Assembly (NCBI GenBank): GCA_963741955.1
Contig: CAVUKB010000007.1
Span: 576,001-640,000 of the forward strand
Length of the DNA stretch: 64,000 nucleotides
Source of the DNA: an uncultured Acidobacteriota bacterium
Lineage (GTDB): Bacteria; Acidobacteriota; Thermoanaerobaculia; Gp7-AA8
Direction of reading: 5' to 3'
Shown here: positions 39,921 to 51,795 of the stretch, in pieces
Numbering within the stretch: position 1 is the stretch's first letter
Layout: each line of letters starts with the position of its first letter
Program-made: the position numbers and the translations under genes
The notes under the pieces: model-generated
What the model saw: the letters and a program-made list of their open reading frames with translations, nothing else
Databases searched by the model: none
Told to the model about the DNA's origin: nothing

Positions 39921-40790
39921 ATGAAAATCTCGTTCATCGGTCTCGGAGCCATGGGGTATCCGATGGCGCGGCATCTGGCGAAGAGTCACGACGTCACGGT
40001 ATGGAACCGGACCAGGGAAGTCGCGGAGAAGCACACCCGCGAAGCGGGAACGCGGCTGGCTGGAGATCTCGAGGAATGCGCGGCCGCAGACGTGATCATC
40101 ACCATCGTTCCGACCAGTGTGGAAGTCGATGAGATCGTCGACCGGCTGGCGGGAGCGGTGAAGGAAGGAACCCTCTGGATCGACGCGACCAGCGGAGACC
40201 CGGTGACCAGTCGCGAAACGGCACGGCGGCTCTCGCAGCAGGGAATCGCATTCGTCGATGCACCGGTGACCGGAGGGACGCCGGGCGCCGAAGCGGGAGC
40301 GCTCACGGTGATGGTCGGCGGATCGAAGAAGGACTTCGAGCGTGCGGAGCCGGTAATCCGGACGTTCGCGAAAAAGATCGTGCACGTCGGGGAAGTGGGG
40401 GCGGGTCATGCGGTCAAGGCGATCAACAACGCGCTCCTCGCCACGAACATGCTCATCGCCGGAGAGTGCTTCCTGATGGCGAAGAAGTTCGGGATCGACC
40501 TCGGGCGGGTGTTCGAAGTGATCAACGCCGGAAGCGGACGGTCGAATGTGAGCGAAAACCTGCTCCCGAGCCGGCTCGTCGATGGCCAGTGGCCGGTGAC
40601 GTTCAAGCTCGGGCTGCACGACAAGGACGTGCGGATCGCCGAATCGATGGCCCACGCCCAGCACATGGCGGCTCCCGTTCTCGCTCTGACCACCAGCCTT
40701 TTCAGCGCCGCGCTGCACAACCTCGGAAAGGACGCGGATTACCTGGAAGTGGTCAAATACATCGCCGAGATGAACGGCGAGACGTGGTGA
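39921..40790 (+). CDS. Beta-hydroxyacid dehydrogenase (3-hydroxyisobutyrate dehydrogenase family)
   Basis: FIGLGAMG, DAPVTGG, GAGHAVKAINN, KD. Confidence 0.9.
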   Translation: MKISFIGLGAMGYPMARHLAKSHDVTVWNRTREVAEKHTREAGTRLAGDLEECAAADVIITIVPTSVEVDEIVDRLAGAVKEGTLWIDATSGDPVTSRETARRLSQQGIAFVDAPVTGGTPGAEAGALTVMVGGSKKDFERAEPVIRTFAKKIVHVGEVGAGHAVKAINNALLATNMLIAGECFLMAKKFGIDLGRVFEVINAGSGRSNVSENLLPSRLVDGQWPVTFKLGLHDKDVRIAESMAHAQHMAAPVLALTTSLFSAALHNLGKDADYLEVVKYIAEMNGETW

Positions 40791-41030
40791 GGATGGATTC
40801 GATGTGGCTGCCGTCGCTGCCCGGTTCGTCCGTGTCGAGCTTCCGGGTCGGACCCTGCAGGTCTCTTTTCTTCCGCGGTCGGGCCGCGGAAAGAGTCGCG
40901 GGATGACAAACGATGGGTTTCGTGTTAACTGGAGCCGGCGTTACGTCCCTCCCTCGCCTGGTCGCGGATTCCATCACGGAAGTGAAGGGATCGGTGCCGC
41001 GCGCGGGAGGACGGGAGCTCTCCGACTTCA

Positions 41031-42827
<1,797 letters not shown>

Positions 42828-42857
42828 TCATCTCGCGCCGAATGGCAGGAGGCGACG

Positions 42858-43502
42858 ATGAGATTTTCGATGTTTGCGATGTTCGCGGCCGCCGTTGCAC
42901 TGGCCGCATCCGGATGCAGTTCTTCCAGCCAGCCCAGGGTGAACATGAAAGAGGCGACGCGAGTCGTCGGGACCGACAACGACGTCAGAGTGGATGCCCA
43001 GCTCTACGCCGACCAGATCAACTCCTCCACCCCCATCGGTATCGTCTATCAGATTCAGAACGACCGGAAGGAGGCGATCGCAATTGCTGCGAACCAGACC
43101 GACGCGTCGTTCGATCGCCAGAGCCAGACGATCACGGTGAACATCGGAGCAGAGATCCCCGGATCGAAAGGCGTTCCACGGCTGACCCTGATCGAGCCCG
43201 GCCAGAAGAAGGGATTCTCGGTGGGAGTCCGCATCGCAGTCGCCGTTCCGACCGGATCGCGGCTCGCCCCGACTCCCCGCTACCTGAGGATCCGGGTCAA
43301 CTTTCTGAATGATGCCGAGCCGTTTCAGGGCGTGATCAGCGCCTCGAATCAGAACGTGGAGCCGGTCTCGCTGCCGAAAGGTCTCTTCACCCGGTGGATC
43401 GATTGCAACGAGAGCGTCGAGACGAACACCATTCCCGTCTACTGGAGCACTGCCCCCGCGATCGCAAACTTCGGTGGTGTGCCGGCGGCGGGATCGTACT
43501 GA
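42858..43502 (+). CDS. Hypothetical lipoprotein (paralog 1)
   Basis: Lipobox ASGC; similar to the next ORF. Confidence 0.75.
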   Translation: MRFSMFAMFAAAVALAASGCSSSSQPRVNMKEATRVVGTDNDVRVDAQLYADQINSSTPIGIVYQIQNDRKEAIAIAANQTDASFDRQSQTITVNIGAEIPGSKGVPRLTLIEPGQKKGFSVGVRIAVAVPTGSRLAPTPRYLRIRVNFLNDAEPFQGVISASNQNVEPVSLPKGLFTRWIDCNESVETNTIPVYWSTAPAIANFGGVPAAGSY

Positions 43503-43726
43503 GCGGTACTTCCTCCCGCTCCGGCCATTCCTGATCGCGGTGTCGATGGCGAGCGTCCCGATCGCAGCAGAGCGTCCGACGATCTGACCGGGTGGATCGC
43601 GAATACCCGGTCACGTTCCGAATTCCTGATTCGCCGGGTGAGGAATTCGGATCTCCCTCCTTCGATTTTCTCCAGATACGAATCCCGCCTCGCATCACGG
43701 AACGACAATCGATCGGAGCCGAGCCC

Positions 43727-44356
43727 ATGAGAAGACGATTGACAGGACGATTCGAAGTTTCAGTCGCTGGCCTGCTTCTTCTTGCAGCCGGGTGTGCGTC
43801 CAGCGGCGTGAACATGAAGGAGCCGATGCGGCTGGTCGGTACCGAGAACGGCGTGCGGATCGACGCCCAGATCACCGGCGATTCGATCGGCACGAACACC
43901 CCGATTCCGGTGACCTGGTCGCTCGCGAACTCCACCTCGGAACCGATCGCGGTGGCCGAGCTCGATCCGGTCACCAGTTACGATCGCGCAACGCAGACCG
44001 TGGTCATCGAGCTCGGCTCGGAAGTTCCGGGGAACGAGCTCGTGCCGCGCCTGGTCGCCATCGCTCCGGGAGAGAAGAAGGATTTCAGCGGCGCGGCACG
44101 AGTGACGGTGGTGATGCCTCTCGGTGCGGAACACTTCGCCTATCCCCGTTACGTCCGGATCAAAGTGAATTTTCTCCGGCAGATCGATCCGTTCACGAAA
44201 CTGATCGGAATCCCCGAGAGAGCCATCCACGATCCGCAGCTCGCCGACGAGTTGTTCAAGAGCTGGGTCGAGCACAACGACACCATCACCACGAACGAAG
44301 TGCCGATCATCTGGAAGGGTGGTCCGCCCAGTCGCAATCCGATTCCGCAGCCGTGA
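43727..44356 (+). CDS. Hypothetical lipoprotein (paralog 2)
   Basis: Lipobox AAGC; NMKEPMRLVGTENGVRIDAQ matches paralog 1. Confidence 0.75.
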   Translation: MRRRLTGRFEVSVAGLLLLAAGCASSGVNMKEPMRLVGTENGVRIDAQITGDSIGTNTPIPVTWSLANSTSEPIAVAELDPVTSYDRATQTVVIELGSEVPGNELVPRLVAIAPGEKKDFSGAARVTVVMPLGAEHFAYPRYVRIKVNFLRQIDPFTKLIGIPERAIHDPQLADELFKSWVEHNDTITTNEVPIIWKGGPPSRNPIPQP

Positions 44357-44366
44357 TCCGAAGACG

Positions 44367-44393
44367 AAAAAAGGCGGCCCTGGGCCGCCTTTC
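44367..44393. terminator. Bidirectional terminator
   Basis: AAAAAAGGCGGCC-CTG-GGCCGCCTTT between convergent genes. Confidence 0.8.
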
Positions 44394-44411
44394 GAATTCG
44401 ATGCGTTTCGA

Positions 44412-44747
44412 TCAGAAGCTCTGCACGGCCTTCTGCTCGTCTTCGTAGACCTCGAACACGGTAATCAGCTGCGTGACCTGGAGCAGGTCGCTGACCTTCC
44501 CCGGGAGGTGAAGGAGCTTGAGCTTTCCGCCTCGATTGGTGACGGTCGTGTAGGCGCCGACGAGCTCACCGATCCCGGAGGAGTCGATCGTCGTGACGCC
44601 GGACATGTCGAGAAGGATCCTGTTCTTGCCGTTCTTGAGCGCGTCCATGATCACGTCCCGAAGCTGGACGTCTCCCGCGCCGATCGTGATCTTTCCTTCG
44701 AGGTTGATGATCTCGACGTCGTTGACGGTTTTCGAAGTGGTTTTCAT
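44412..44747 (-). CDS. STAS-domain anti-sigma factor antagonist (RsbV/SpoIIAA-like)
   Basis: [15 protein letters not shown] phospho-Ser motif. Confidence 0.92.
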   Translation of the reverse strand: MKTTSKTVNDVEIINLEGKITIGAGDVQLRDVIMDALKNGKNRILLDMSGVTTIDSSGIGELVGAYTTVTNRGGKLKLLHLPGKVSDLLQVTQLITVFEVYEDEQKAVQSF

Positions 44748-44793
44748 CTCGTTCTCCTTACCCTTCCTTACGGCCGATGCCCGAGCCGCGATT

Positions 44794-45240
44794 CTATGAC
44801 TTGGTCAACTCGTTGCGGGTTACGAGCTTCTTGGTCATCAGAAGCTGCGTGCCTCTTCCAGGCTGAAATGAGTAGTCGATCCGGTCCATGAAAGTCTTCA
44901 TGTAGAAGATCCCCCGGCCGCTGGTCTTCATCAGATTGGCCGGGTTGAGAGGGTCACTGACGCTTCCCGGGTCGAATCCTTCGCCCTCGTCGCGGATCAC
45001 GATCGCGAGTTGACTCCCGCTGAGATCGAATGTCGCCTGAACCTTCTTCACCGGGTCGAGTTTGTTTCCGTGCTTGATCGCGTTGGCGACGCCCTCCCGG
45101 ACCGCCATTCCGATCCAGTGGCTGCCATCATCGTCGAGCCCTGCGGTCTCGCAGAGATGTTCGGCGATCGCCTGAACGAGCTCGATGTTCTCGAACCGGC
45201 TGCTGATGACGATCTCAATTCGTTCCGAGTCGCGGTTCAT
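44794..45240 (-). CDS. Anti-sigma factor / Ser kinase (RsbW-like HATPase)
   Basis: [26 protein letters not shown]. Confidence 0.9.
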   Translation of the reverse strand: MNRDSERIEIVISSRFENIELVQAIAEHLCETAGLDDDGSHWIGMAVREGVANAIKHGNKLDPVKKVQATFDLSGSQLAIVIRDEGEGFDPGSVSDPLNPANLMKTSGRGIFYMKTFMDRIDYSFQPGRGTQLLMTKKLVTRNELTKS

Positions 45241-45334
45241 TGCGAAAATTGACCGGCATTCTACGGGAAGCCACAGACCTCCAGCAAGCCGGGAGAGTGG
45301 AATGGCTCCGATCAGGGGCGACGTTGTCCAGCGC

Positions 45335-46513
45335 ATGCGCCGGCTCCTTTCAATTCTACTCCTGCTCGCCTTCATTCCGCCGCTGGGCGCCACCGCGGCT
45401 TCGCTCGATCCGGTGATGCGGAAGGTCGAAGCGATCCGTGAGCTCCGTTTCACCGGGCCGATTCGCACCGCGACCATCAAACGTTCCGAGCTCACTCCGT
45501 ATCTGCGGAAACAACTGGAGAAGGACCTTCCCGTCTCGCCGGACGAGTACGGCCGGATTCTCGAGTCCCTCCAGCTGATCGACCGCTCGTCGGGCGCGAT
45601 CGACAGCCTCCTCGATCTCTATCAGGCGCAGGTGCTCGCGTTCTACGATCCCCTTGCGCACGTCTTCTACTCGCTCGATGCGCCACCGCCGGGTGCGGAG
45701 GGGAGTGATCTGATGCAGGAGGCGATCGAGGTGCACGAGCTCACTCATGCACTCCAGGACCAGCATTTCGACGCCGGGAGGGTGATGGAGGGCCTCCGCG
45801 ACGACTGGGATGCGCAGATGGCCTATCAGAGCCTTCTCGAGGGTGAGGCGACCCTGGTGATGCTGGCGGACATGGCGAAACCGATGGGAGTCGAGCTCGA
45901 CGACGTCGTCGCCAACTCCGCGATGCTCGACACGATGGGAGCGATGTCGCAGGCCGGGATGGCCGGGGTGGATGCTCCGCGCTATTTCGTGCAGTCGCTG
46001 GCGTTCCCGTACCTTCAGGGACTTCGCTTCGTCAGTGAAGCCTACCGCCGCGGTGGATGGAAGGCGGTCGACGCGCTCTACGCGAATCCTCCCCGCTCGA
46101 CCGCGGAGATCATCCATCCGGAGCTCTACGGCCACGCGAAGGCGGGAGCGCCGGGAAAGCTCCTTCCTCCCTCGAAGAGCGCATCGCTGCTGGACACTCC
46201 CCTCGGCGAGTTTCACTGGAGATTCCTCCTGGGGGCGGACGCGGTTCGGGGATGGGAGGCCGACGAAGCCCGTGTCACGCGGGTGGGGCCGGATCTTTAC
46301 CGGGTCGAAACTGCGACGAGGTGGGATTCGCCGGAGGACGCGACTACGTTCGCCGATGCCCTTCGGAGCTTTCTGGGATCGCGCGGAGTGCACGCCGACG
46401 TTCGGGTCAGCGCAACCCGTGTCGCTGCGACGTGGGGTGCCGCGATCCGACCCGCGGCGACGTTCGGACCCGTTCGCCGCGTACCAACGCCACCGGCCGC
46501 TCCCCCGAACTGA
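45335..46513 (+). CDS. Exported zincin-like putative metallopeptidase
   Basis: Signal peptide, AFYDP, HELTHALQDQHF, EGEA, FPY..G. Confidence 0.75.
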   Translation: MRRLLSILLLLAFIPPLGATAASLDPVMRKVEAIRELRFTGPIRTATIKRSELTPYLRKQLEKDLPVSPDEYGRILESLQLIDRSSGAIDSLLDLYQAQVLAFYDPLAHVFYSLDAPPPGAEGSDLMQEAIEVHELTHALQDQHFDAGRVMEGLRDDWDAQMAYQSLLEGEATLVMLADMAKPMGVELDDVVANSAMLDTMGAMSQAGMAGVDAPRYFVQSLAFPYLQGLRFVSEAYRRGGWKAVDALYANPPRSTAEIIHPELYGHAKAGAPGKLLPPSKSASLLDTPLGEFHWRFLLGADAVRGWEADEARVTRVGPDLYRVETATRWDSPEDATTFADALRSFLGSRGVHADVRVSATRVAATWGAAIRPAATFGPVRRVPTPPAAPPN

Positions 46514-46519
46514 CCCGCG

Positions 46520-46804
46520 TCAGTTGGGCTGCTCTTCTTCTTCGCCGAGTACGTCCGACCGCGCCTCCTGACAGGCGAGCAGAACTTCCTGATAGAGATC
46601 GAAGGCTGCGGGCTGGGAGATCGCTTCTCCGCTCGCTTCGTTCAGGATCTCTGCGATCCTCGCCGCGTAGTACGACGGCGGCGGAAGGCGCTCGCCTTTC
46701 TCATGGATGTCGCGGAACCCTTCCGCCAGCTGCTGACGCAACCGTGCGCGAAGACGGCCGCTCTCGATCTCCTGTTCGAGATTTCCGTAGTCGAGCTCGA
46801 TCAT
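46520..46804 (-). CDS. Small hypothetical protein
   Basis: 94-aa helical ORF MIELDYGNLE with purine-rich SD region. Confidence 0.6.
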   Translation of the reverse strand: MIELDYGNLEQEIESGRLRARLRQQLAEGFRDIHEKGERLPPPSYYAARIAEILNEASGEAISQPAAFDLYQEVLLACQEARSDVLGEEEEQPN

Positions 46805-46940
46805 TTCTCTCTCCAGACTCCTCCTTCCGACACTAAACGAATTGCCGGACGAATGCCAGTGTCCGCGAACGGGTAGCTGCACGGCTCCGGGTACTCTCGA
46901 GTGCGACGCTGCGCCGGATGATCCGGGCTAAGATAGGGGC

Positions 46941-48017
46941 ATGAAGTCGAAGCTCAAGAGCCATCCTCCCCTCTCGTCATTCGCCACCACCGGCGGGTGA
47001 GCGTGCAAACTGGGTCAGGATGACCTGCATGCGGTGCTCGCGACTCTGCCTCACTTTTCCGGCGCCGACCTCCTGGTCGGACACGGGACTGCGGATGACG
47101 CGGCGGTGCTCAGGATCGACGGGACGCGTGCGATCGTACAGACGGTCGACTTCTTCACTCCGATCGTCGACGATCCCACGTTGTTCGGGGAAATTGCCGC
47201 GGCGAACTCGATCTCCGACATCTACGCCATGGGAGCGACTCCGATTCTCGGACTCGCGATTGCGGGGTTTCCGACCGAGGTGTTGCCACTGTCGATGCTG
47301 GAAGAAATTCTCCAGGGAGGCGTGAGGAAGGCGTCGGAGGCGGGCTTTCCAGTCGCCGGAGGTCACACCATCATCGACGACGTCCCGAAGTACGGGCTGG
47401 CGGTGACGGGGATGGTCGATCTCGCGCACATCGTCCGGAACTCGACCGCGCGGCCGGGGGATCTCCTCTACCTCACCAAGCCGATCGGCAACGGGATTCT
47501 GGTCTCCGCATTCCGTGCACTCACCGGTGGCGGATGGCGGCGCGCAGTCCGGAGAGACGATGCTCCCGATCTTTCGGAAGCGATCGGGTGGATGACCACT
47601 CTGAATCGCGATGGGGCGAAGGCGATGGTCGCAGCAGGTGCGAGCGCCGCGACGGACGTCACCGGATACGGCCTGATCGGGCACCTCCTGGAGATGTGCA
47701 ACGGCGCGGGGGTCGGCGCCCGGCTGGAGGCAGGAGCGGTCCCGGTTCTCTCCGGCGCGCGTGAGTATCTGGCCCGAGGGTACGTCCCGGAGGGGACGCT
47801 CCGGAACGAGAGGACATTTCGCCCTTCGGTCGATCTGAAGGCGGACGACGCGACCTTCCGGCTCCTCTGCGACGCGCAGACGAGCGGGGGGCTGCTGGTC
47901 ACCATCGATCCGGCGGGAAGCGAGACGTTCGAGCGGCTCTGCCGGGAAGACGGCGTGCTTTTTGCGAAGATCGGACTCATGAATGATCGTGCGGGGACGA
48001 TCGAGATCGCCGGTTGA
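46941..48017 (+). CDS. selD: Selenide, water dikinase with in-frame UGA (selenocysteine) at codon 20
   Basis: GG-TGA-ACKLG replaces GCGCK; DDAAV, TVDFFTP, NSISDIYAMG, GGHT, TDVTGYGL, DAQTSGGLL. Confidence 0.92.
47001..47032 (+). promoter_or_regulatory. Putative bacterial SECIS hairpin
   Basis: GGTCA-GGA-TGACC stem-loop with G-rich loop about 18 nt downstream of the UGA. Confidence 0.55.
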
Positions 48018-48060
48018 GCACAGCGGCTCCTCCGGGCGAGAACGAGAGAAAGGAGTTCCC

Positions 48061-48453
48061 ATGGGAGAGGATTCGGACAAAGACCGGAATCCGACCGTTG
48101 AATCCGACGAGCAGGATTACGAGTTTCAGGTCATCGAGGGTCGCGGCGGGCAATGGGTGGAGATCGCGTCCGTCGGGACTGGAGAAGAGGCGAAGCTGAT
48201 CTGCGGATTTCTCGAGGCCGAAGGGATCCGGGCCGAGATCGAATCGGTCAAGTTCAACATGGAGCCGGTGAATTTCGGACGAATGGGCGAGATCCGGGTT
48301 TACGTTCCCGCCGAAAGCGAGGAGGCCGCCGTCAATCTGCTCGACGAGAGGCAGACGGAATACGATCACCTCAAGAACGACGATTCGATCGTGACCGACG
48401 ACGGTCCCGCGAACATCGAAGACGGCTCGGAAACCGAAGACGAGGAGCGCTGA
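48061..48453 (+). CDS. DUF2007 (putative signal-transducing) domain protein
   Basis: EAKLICGFLEAEGI...EIRVYVPAE..EAA. Confidence 0.75.
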   Translation: MGEDSDKDRNPTVESDEQDYEFQVIEGRGGQWVEIASVGTGEEAKLICGFLEAEGIRAEIESVKFNMEPVNFGRMGEIRVYVPAESEEAAVNLLDERQTEYDHLKNDDSIVTDDGPANIEDGSETEDEER

Positions 48454-49091
48454 TGCCGGAGGAGGAACCGGGGAGGAACGCGGGAGAGGACGACCACGGC
48501 GGGCTCGAAGAGGAGCCCGCAGGCGCGACACTTCCCCGCTGGGTGCCGGTGCTGATCGGGATCATCCTGGTGGCGATGGCCGGACTGGCGGTTTTCACCG
48601 GGTGGCGCTACCGCGGCTCCCGTGTCCGACCCCAGACCTTCGTCGACCTCGTCCACCCCTCTCCACGACCGGCCAAGGTGATCGAAGGAGGACCTCCGGG
48701 CGAGCCCGAACCTGGAGCTTCGAGAGTGGCGCACGGAGCCGCGGGCGCCGATACGCCGGTGGCCGGACCTCTCGATACCGCTCCCCGTTCGCGGGTGACG
48801 CTCGAGGGAGGCGGTGCGGCCGGGATTCTCCCGACCATCCGGATCTCCGCACGCCGTGGCATGGTTCTCGACGTCGAGCCGGCCGATGCACTGGTCTGGG
48901 TGAACGGCGGCCTGATCGGACCCGCGACCCAGTTTCACAAGCCTGACGAGAGCTACGATTTCCCCGAAGAGGGGAGCTACACGATCCGGATCACCGCCCC
49001 CGGATATCAGGACGTGGAGTATGCCGTGAACGTCAGCTCCGCCGCCCGGGAGGAAGTCGCGGAGATCTCGATCCAGCTGGAGAAGAAATAG
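48453..49091 (+). CDS. Membrane-anchored protein with C-terminal PEGA-like domain
   Basis: One TM; VEPADALVWVNG...G.YTIRITAPGY. Confidence 0.7.
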   Translation: MPEEEPGRNAGEDDHGGLEEEPAGATLPRWVPVLIGIILVAMAGLAVFTGWRYRGSRVRPQTFVDLVHPSPRPAKVIEGGPPGEPEPGASRVAHGAAGADTPVAGPLDTAPRSRVTLEGGGAAGILPTIRISARRGMVLDVEPADALVWVNGGLIGPATQFHKPDESYDFPEEGSYTIRITAPGYQDVEYAVNVSSAAREEVAEISIQLEKK

Positions 49092-49092
49092 T

Positions 49093-49213
49093 GAAAGGCA
49101 TCGAGGATCGAAGATCGAGGATCTGGGATCTGGGGGGGACGAAAGGCATCGAGAATCGAGAATCGAAGATCGAAGATCTGGGGGACGAAAAGCATCGAGG
49201 ATCGAGGATCTGG
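49093..49213. repeat. About 47-bp higher-order repeat built from GATCGAG/GATCTGG heptamers
   Basis: GAAA(G/A)GCATCGAG at 49093, 49141, 49187. Confidence 0.8.
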
Positions 49214-49476
49214 AGCTTGACGGTCGCGGGGCCGCGGCCGGAGCGCATCTCTGAGGCGAGTTGTGACGTTTATTCTCGATAGAATTGCTGTCTACGTATA
49301 TTATTCTTATTGTGACGGAGTTTAGGGAATAATATTCTCAAATAGATCCGACTCGCAGAAGTTCTTGCTCCGCCGGGTCGCTTCGTCCTGACCATTCCGC
49401 TCCGGGATGTCGGAGTCCTCTGATCCTCTGATCCCCGAACCCCGGTCCGATCCACAACCACGATCCACGATCAAAG

Positions 49477-49503
49477 AAAGGCGGCCCGCAGGCCGCCTTT
49501 CTT
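49477..49503. terminator. Bidirectional terminator
   Basis: AAAGGCGGCC-CGCA-GGCCGCCTTT downstream of fusA. Confidence 0.8.
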
Positions 49504-49529
49504 GCGTCTCGATCGGGCCGCTTTCTTCA

Positions 49530-51611
49530 TCAGGCGTGTTCTTCTTCGTGAGCCTTCTTCGCTTCGGCGATGATCTTCTCCTGCAGGTTCCGCGGGACTT
49601 CTTCGTAATGCGAGAACTCCATGTGGAACGAGCCGCGGCCCTGGGTGATGGAGCGGAGAGTCGAGCCATAAGTGAGCATCTCGGACATCGGAGCGACCGA
49701 GCGGATCACCTGGGTGTCCTCGCTGGCTTCGATCCCTTCCATCTTTCCCCGCCGGGAGGTCAGGTCTCCCATCAGGTCTCCGATGTACTCGGTCGGCGCG
49801 TAGACCTCCACGTGCATCATCGGCTCGAGGAGAGTCGGCCTGGCCTGCGACATGGCGTCTTTGAACGCGAGGGCTCCGGCGATCTTGAATGCGAGCTCCG
49901 AGGAGTCGACCGGGTGGAACTGGCCGTCGAGGAGCCGGACCCGGAAGTCGACCATCGGGTAGCCGGCGAGGTATCCCTGAACGCGCGCGTCCTGGATTCC
50001 CTTCTCGACGGCGGGAATGAACTGGCGGGGGATCGAGCCTCCGAAGATCTCGTCGACGAACTCGAAGTCGGCGCCGCGCTCGAGCGGCTCGACCTTGATC
50101 TTGCAGTCGGCGAACTGGCCATGTCCGCCGGTCTGCTTTTTGTGCCGTCCGTGGGCGTCCGCAGAGCGGGTGATGGTCTCGCGATAGGGGACCTTCGGCG
50201 GATGGAGGATCACGTCCACGCCGTACTTCTTCTTCATCCGGGCCACGACGACTTCGACGTGCAGCTGTCCCTGTCCGGAGAGGAGGAACTCCTTGGTCTG
50301 CTCTTCCCGGCCGAAACGGATACTCGGATCTTCTTCCATGATCCGGGTGATCACCGAGGAGATCTTCTCTTCGTCGCCTTTGGCGCGAGGCTCGATGGCG
50401 AAGGAGATCACCGGTTCGGGGTAGAAGATGTGCGTGAGGATGACCGGCTTTTCCTTCGCGGAGAGAGTGTCTCCGGTCGCGGAGTCCTTGAGCTTCGCAA
50501 CCGCTCCGATGTCGCCGGCGGCGAGGGTGTCGACGTGGCTCTGCTGCTTCCCCTGGAGGATCTGCAGCTTGCCGACCCTCTCCTCGTGTGACCGCGATGC
50601 GTTCCAGTAGCTGGTATCCGAGTGGAAGGTTCCGGAGAAGACTCGAAACACCGACACTCGACCGGCGAAGGGATCGGAGATGGTCTTGAAGATCAGGGCC
50701 GCCGGGGCGGAATCCGAGGAACGTTCGACCTGCACCTCGGCGCCTTCGGGCGACTTTGCCGCGAGGGGTGGGAGCTGGTCCGGAGCGGGAACCACCGAGA
50801 GGCAGAAGTCGAGGATCGCGTGGCCGCCGATGTCGTGTCCGGACGAATTGAAAAGGACCGGCACGATCTGGTGTGCCGCGAACTCACGCCGCAGCCCCTC
50901 GACCACCTCTTCCTCACTCAGCCCCCCCTTGTCGAAGAAGCGCTCCATGAGGCCCTCGTCACCCTCTGCGACCTTCTCGATCAGCTTCTCGTGCCATTCC
51001 GCCGCGACGTCCTTCATCTCCGCGGGGATCTCGGCGAGCTCGTATTTCCCATCCGAGTAGAGGTAGGCCTTCATCGCGATCAGGTCGACCACACCGCGGA
51101 AGTCTTTCTCTTCCCCGATCGGGATCTGGACCGGAACGACGTTGCGACCGAACTTGCTCTGCAGCGAATCGAGTGCGCGGTTCATGGAGGCCCGCTCGCG
51201 GTCCATCTTGTTGACCACGACCAGCCGGGGAAGGCCGAATTCTTCTGCGATCTTCCACACTTTTTCGGTGGTGACCTCCACTCCGGTGACGCCGCTGATC
51301 ACGATCGCGGCGGCGTCGACGACCCGGAGGGCGCTCTTGGTCTCCATCAGGAAAATGCCGAATCCAGGGGTGTCGAGCAGATTGACCTTGTGATCCTTCC
51401 ATTCTGCATAGGCGACGCCGAGCGAGATCGAGTGCTTTCGTTCTATTTCGTCGGGGTCGAAGTCGGTCACGGTGGTCCCGTCTTCCACCTTTCCGAGACG
51501 GGTCACGACGCCCGCATCGAACAGCAACTGCGAAACGAGAGTCGTTTTTCCGGTATCGTTGTGACCGACCACAGCGAGATTTCTAATTTCCTGGGAGGAA
51601 TAAGACTTCAT
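49530..51611 (-). CDS. fusA: Elongation factor G paralog (EF-G2 type)
   Basis: Full EF-G domains (KKQTGGHGQF, DSSELAFK) but divergent G motifs GHNDTGKTT, ERKHSI, DTPGFG; not in the str operon. Confidence 0.9.
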   Translation of the reverse strand: MKSYSSQEIRNLAVVGHNDTGKTTLVSQLLFDAGVVTRLGKVEDGTTVTDFDPDEIERKHSISLGVAYAEWKDHKVNLLDTPGFGIFLMETKSALRVVDAAAIVISGVTGVEVTTEKVWKIAEEFGLPRLVVVNKMDRERASMNRALDSLQSKFGRNVVPVQIPIGEEKDFRGVVDLIAMKAYLYSDGKYELAEIPAEMKDVAAEWHEKLIEKVAEGDEGLMERFFDKGGLSEEEVVEGLRREFAAHQIVPVLFNSSGHDIGGHAILDFCLSVVPAPDQLPPLAAKSPEGAEVQVERSSDSAPAALIFKTISDPFAGRVSVFRVFSGTFHSDTSYWNASRSHEERVGKLQILQGKQQSHVDTLAAGDIGAVAKLKDSATGDTLSAKEKPVILTHIFYPEPVISFAIEPRAKGDEEKISSVITRIMEEDPSIRFGREEQTKEFLLSGQGQLHVEVVVARMKKKYGVDVILHPPKVPYRETITRSADAHGRHKKQTGGHGQFADCKIKVEPLERGADFEFVDEIFGGSIPRQFIPAVEKGIQDARVQGYLAGYPMVDFRVRLLDGQFHPVDSSELAFKIAGALAFKDAMSQARPTLLEPMMHVEVYAPTEYIGDLMGDLTSRRGKMEGIEASEDTQVIRSVAPMSEMLTYGSTLRSITQGRGSFHMEFSHYEEVPRNLQEKIIAEAKKAHEEEHA

Positions 51612-51795
51612 GGTATCTCCTGTTGGTGATGAAGTGATCGAACGACTCGGTCCATCATAAATTAAAATTGAAGCCGCTGGCGTTGCGCGTGATGATGCGC
51701 ACACGCCGTCGTGGTGAGGTTTTCGGGAGAAGGTCGGGAGTATAGCATCGGTGCCCGGCTGAGCTGGTGCGGTTGCAGAACGGAGAAAAGGACCC

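Noticed and set aside
47034-48017. selD starting at 47034, or selD as a pseudogene
   Set aside because: Would omit the catalytic U/C-x-x-K motif; the UGA sits exactly at the catalytic position with a SECIS-like hairpin after it
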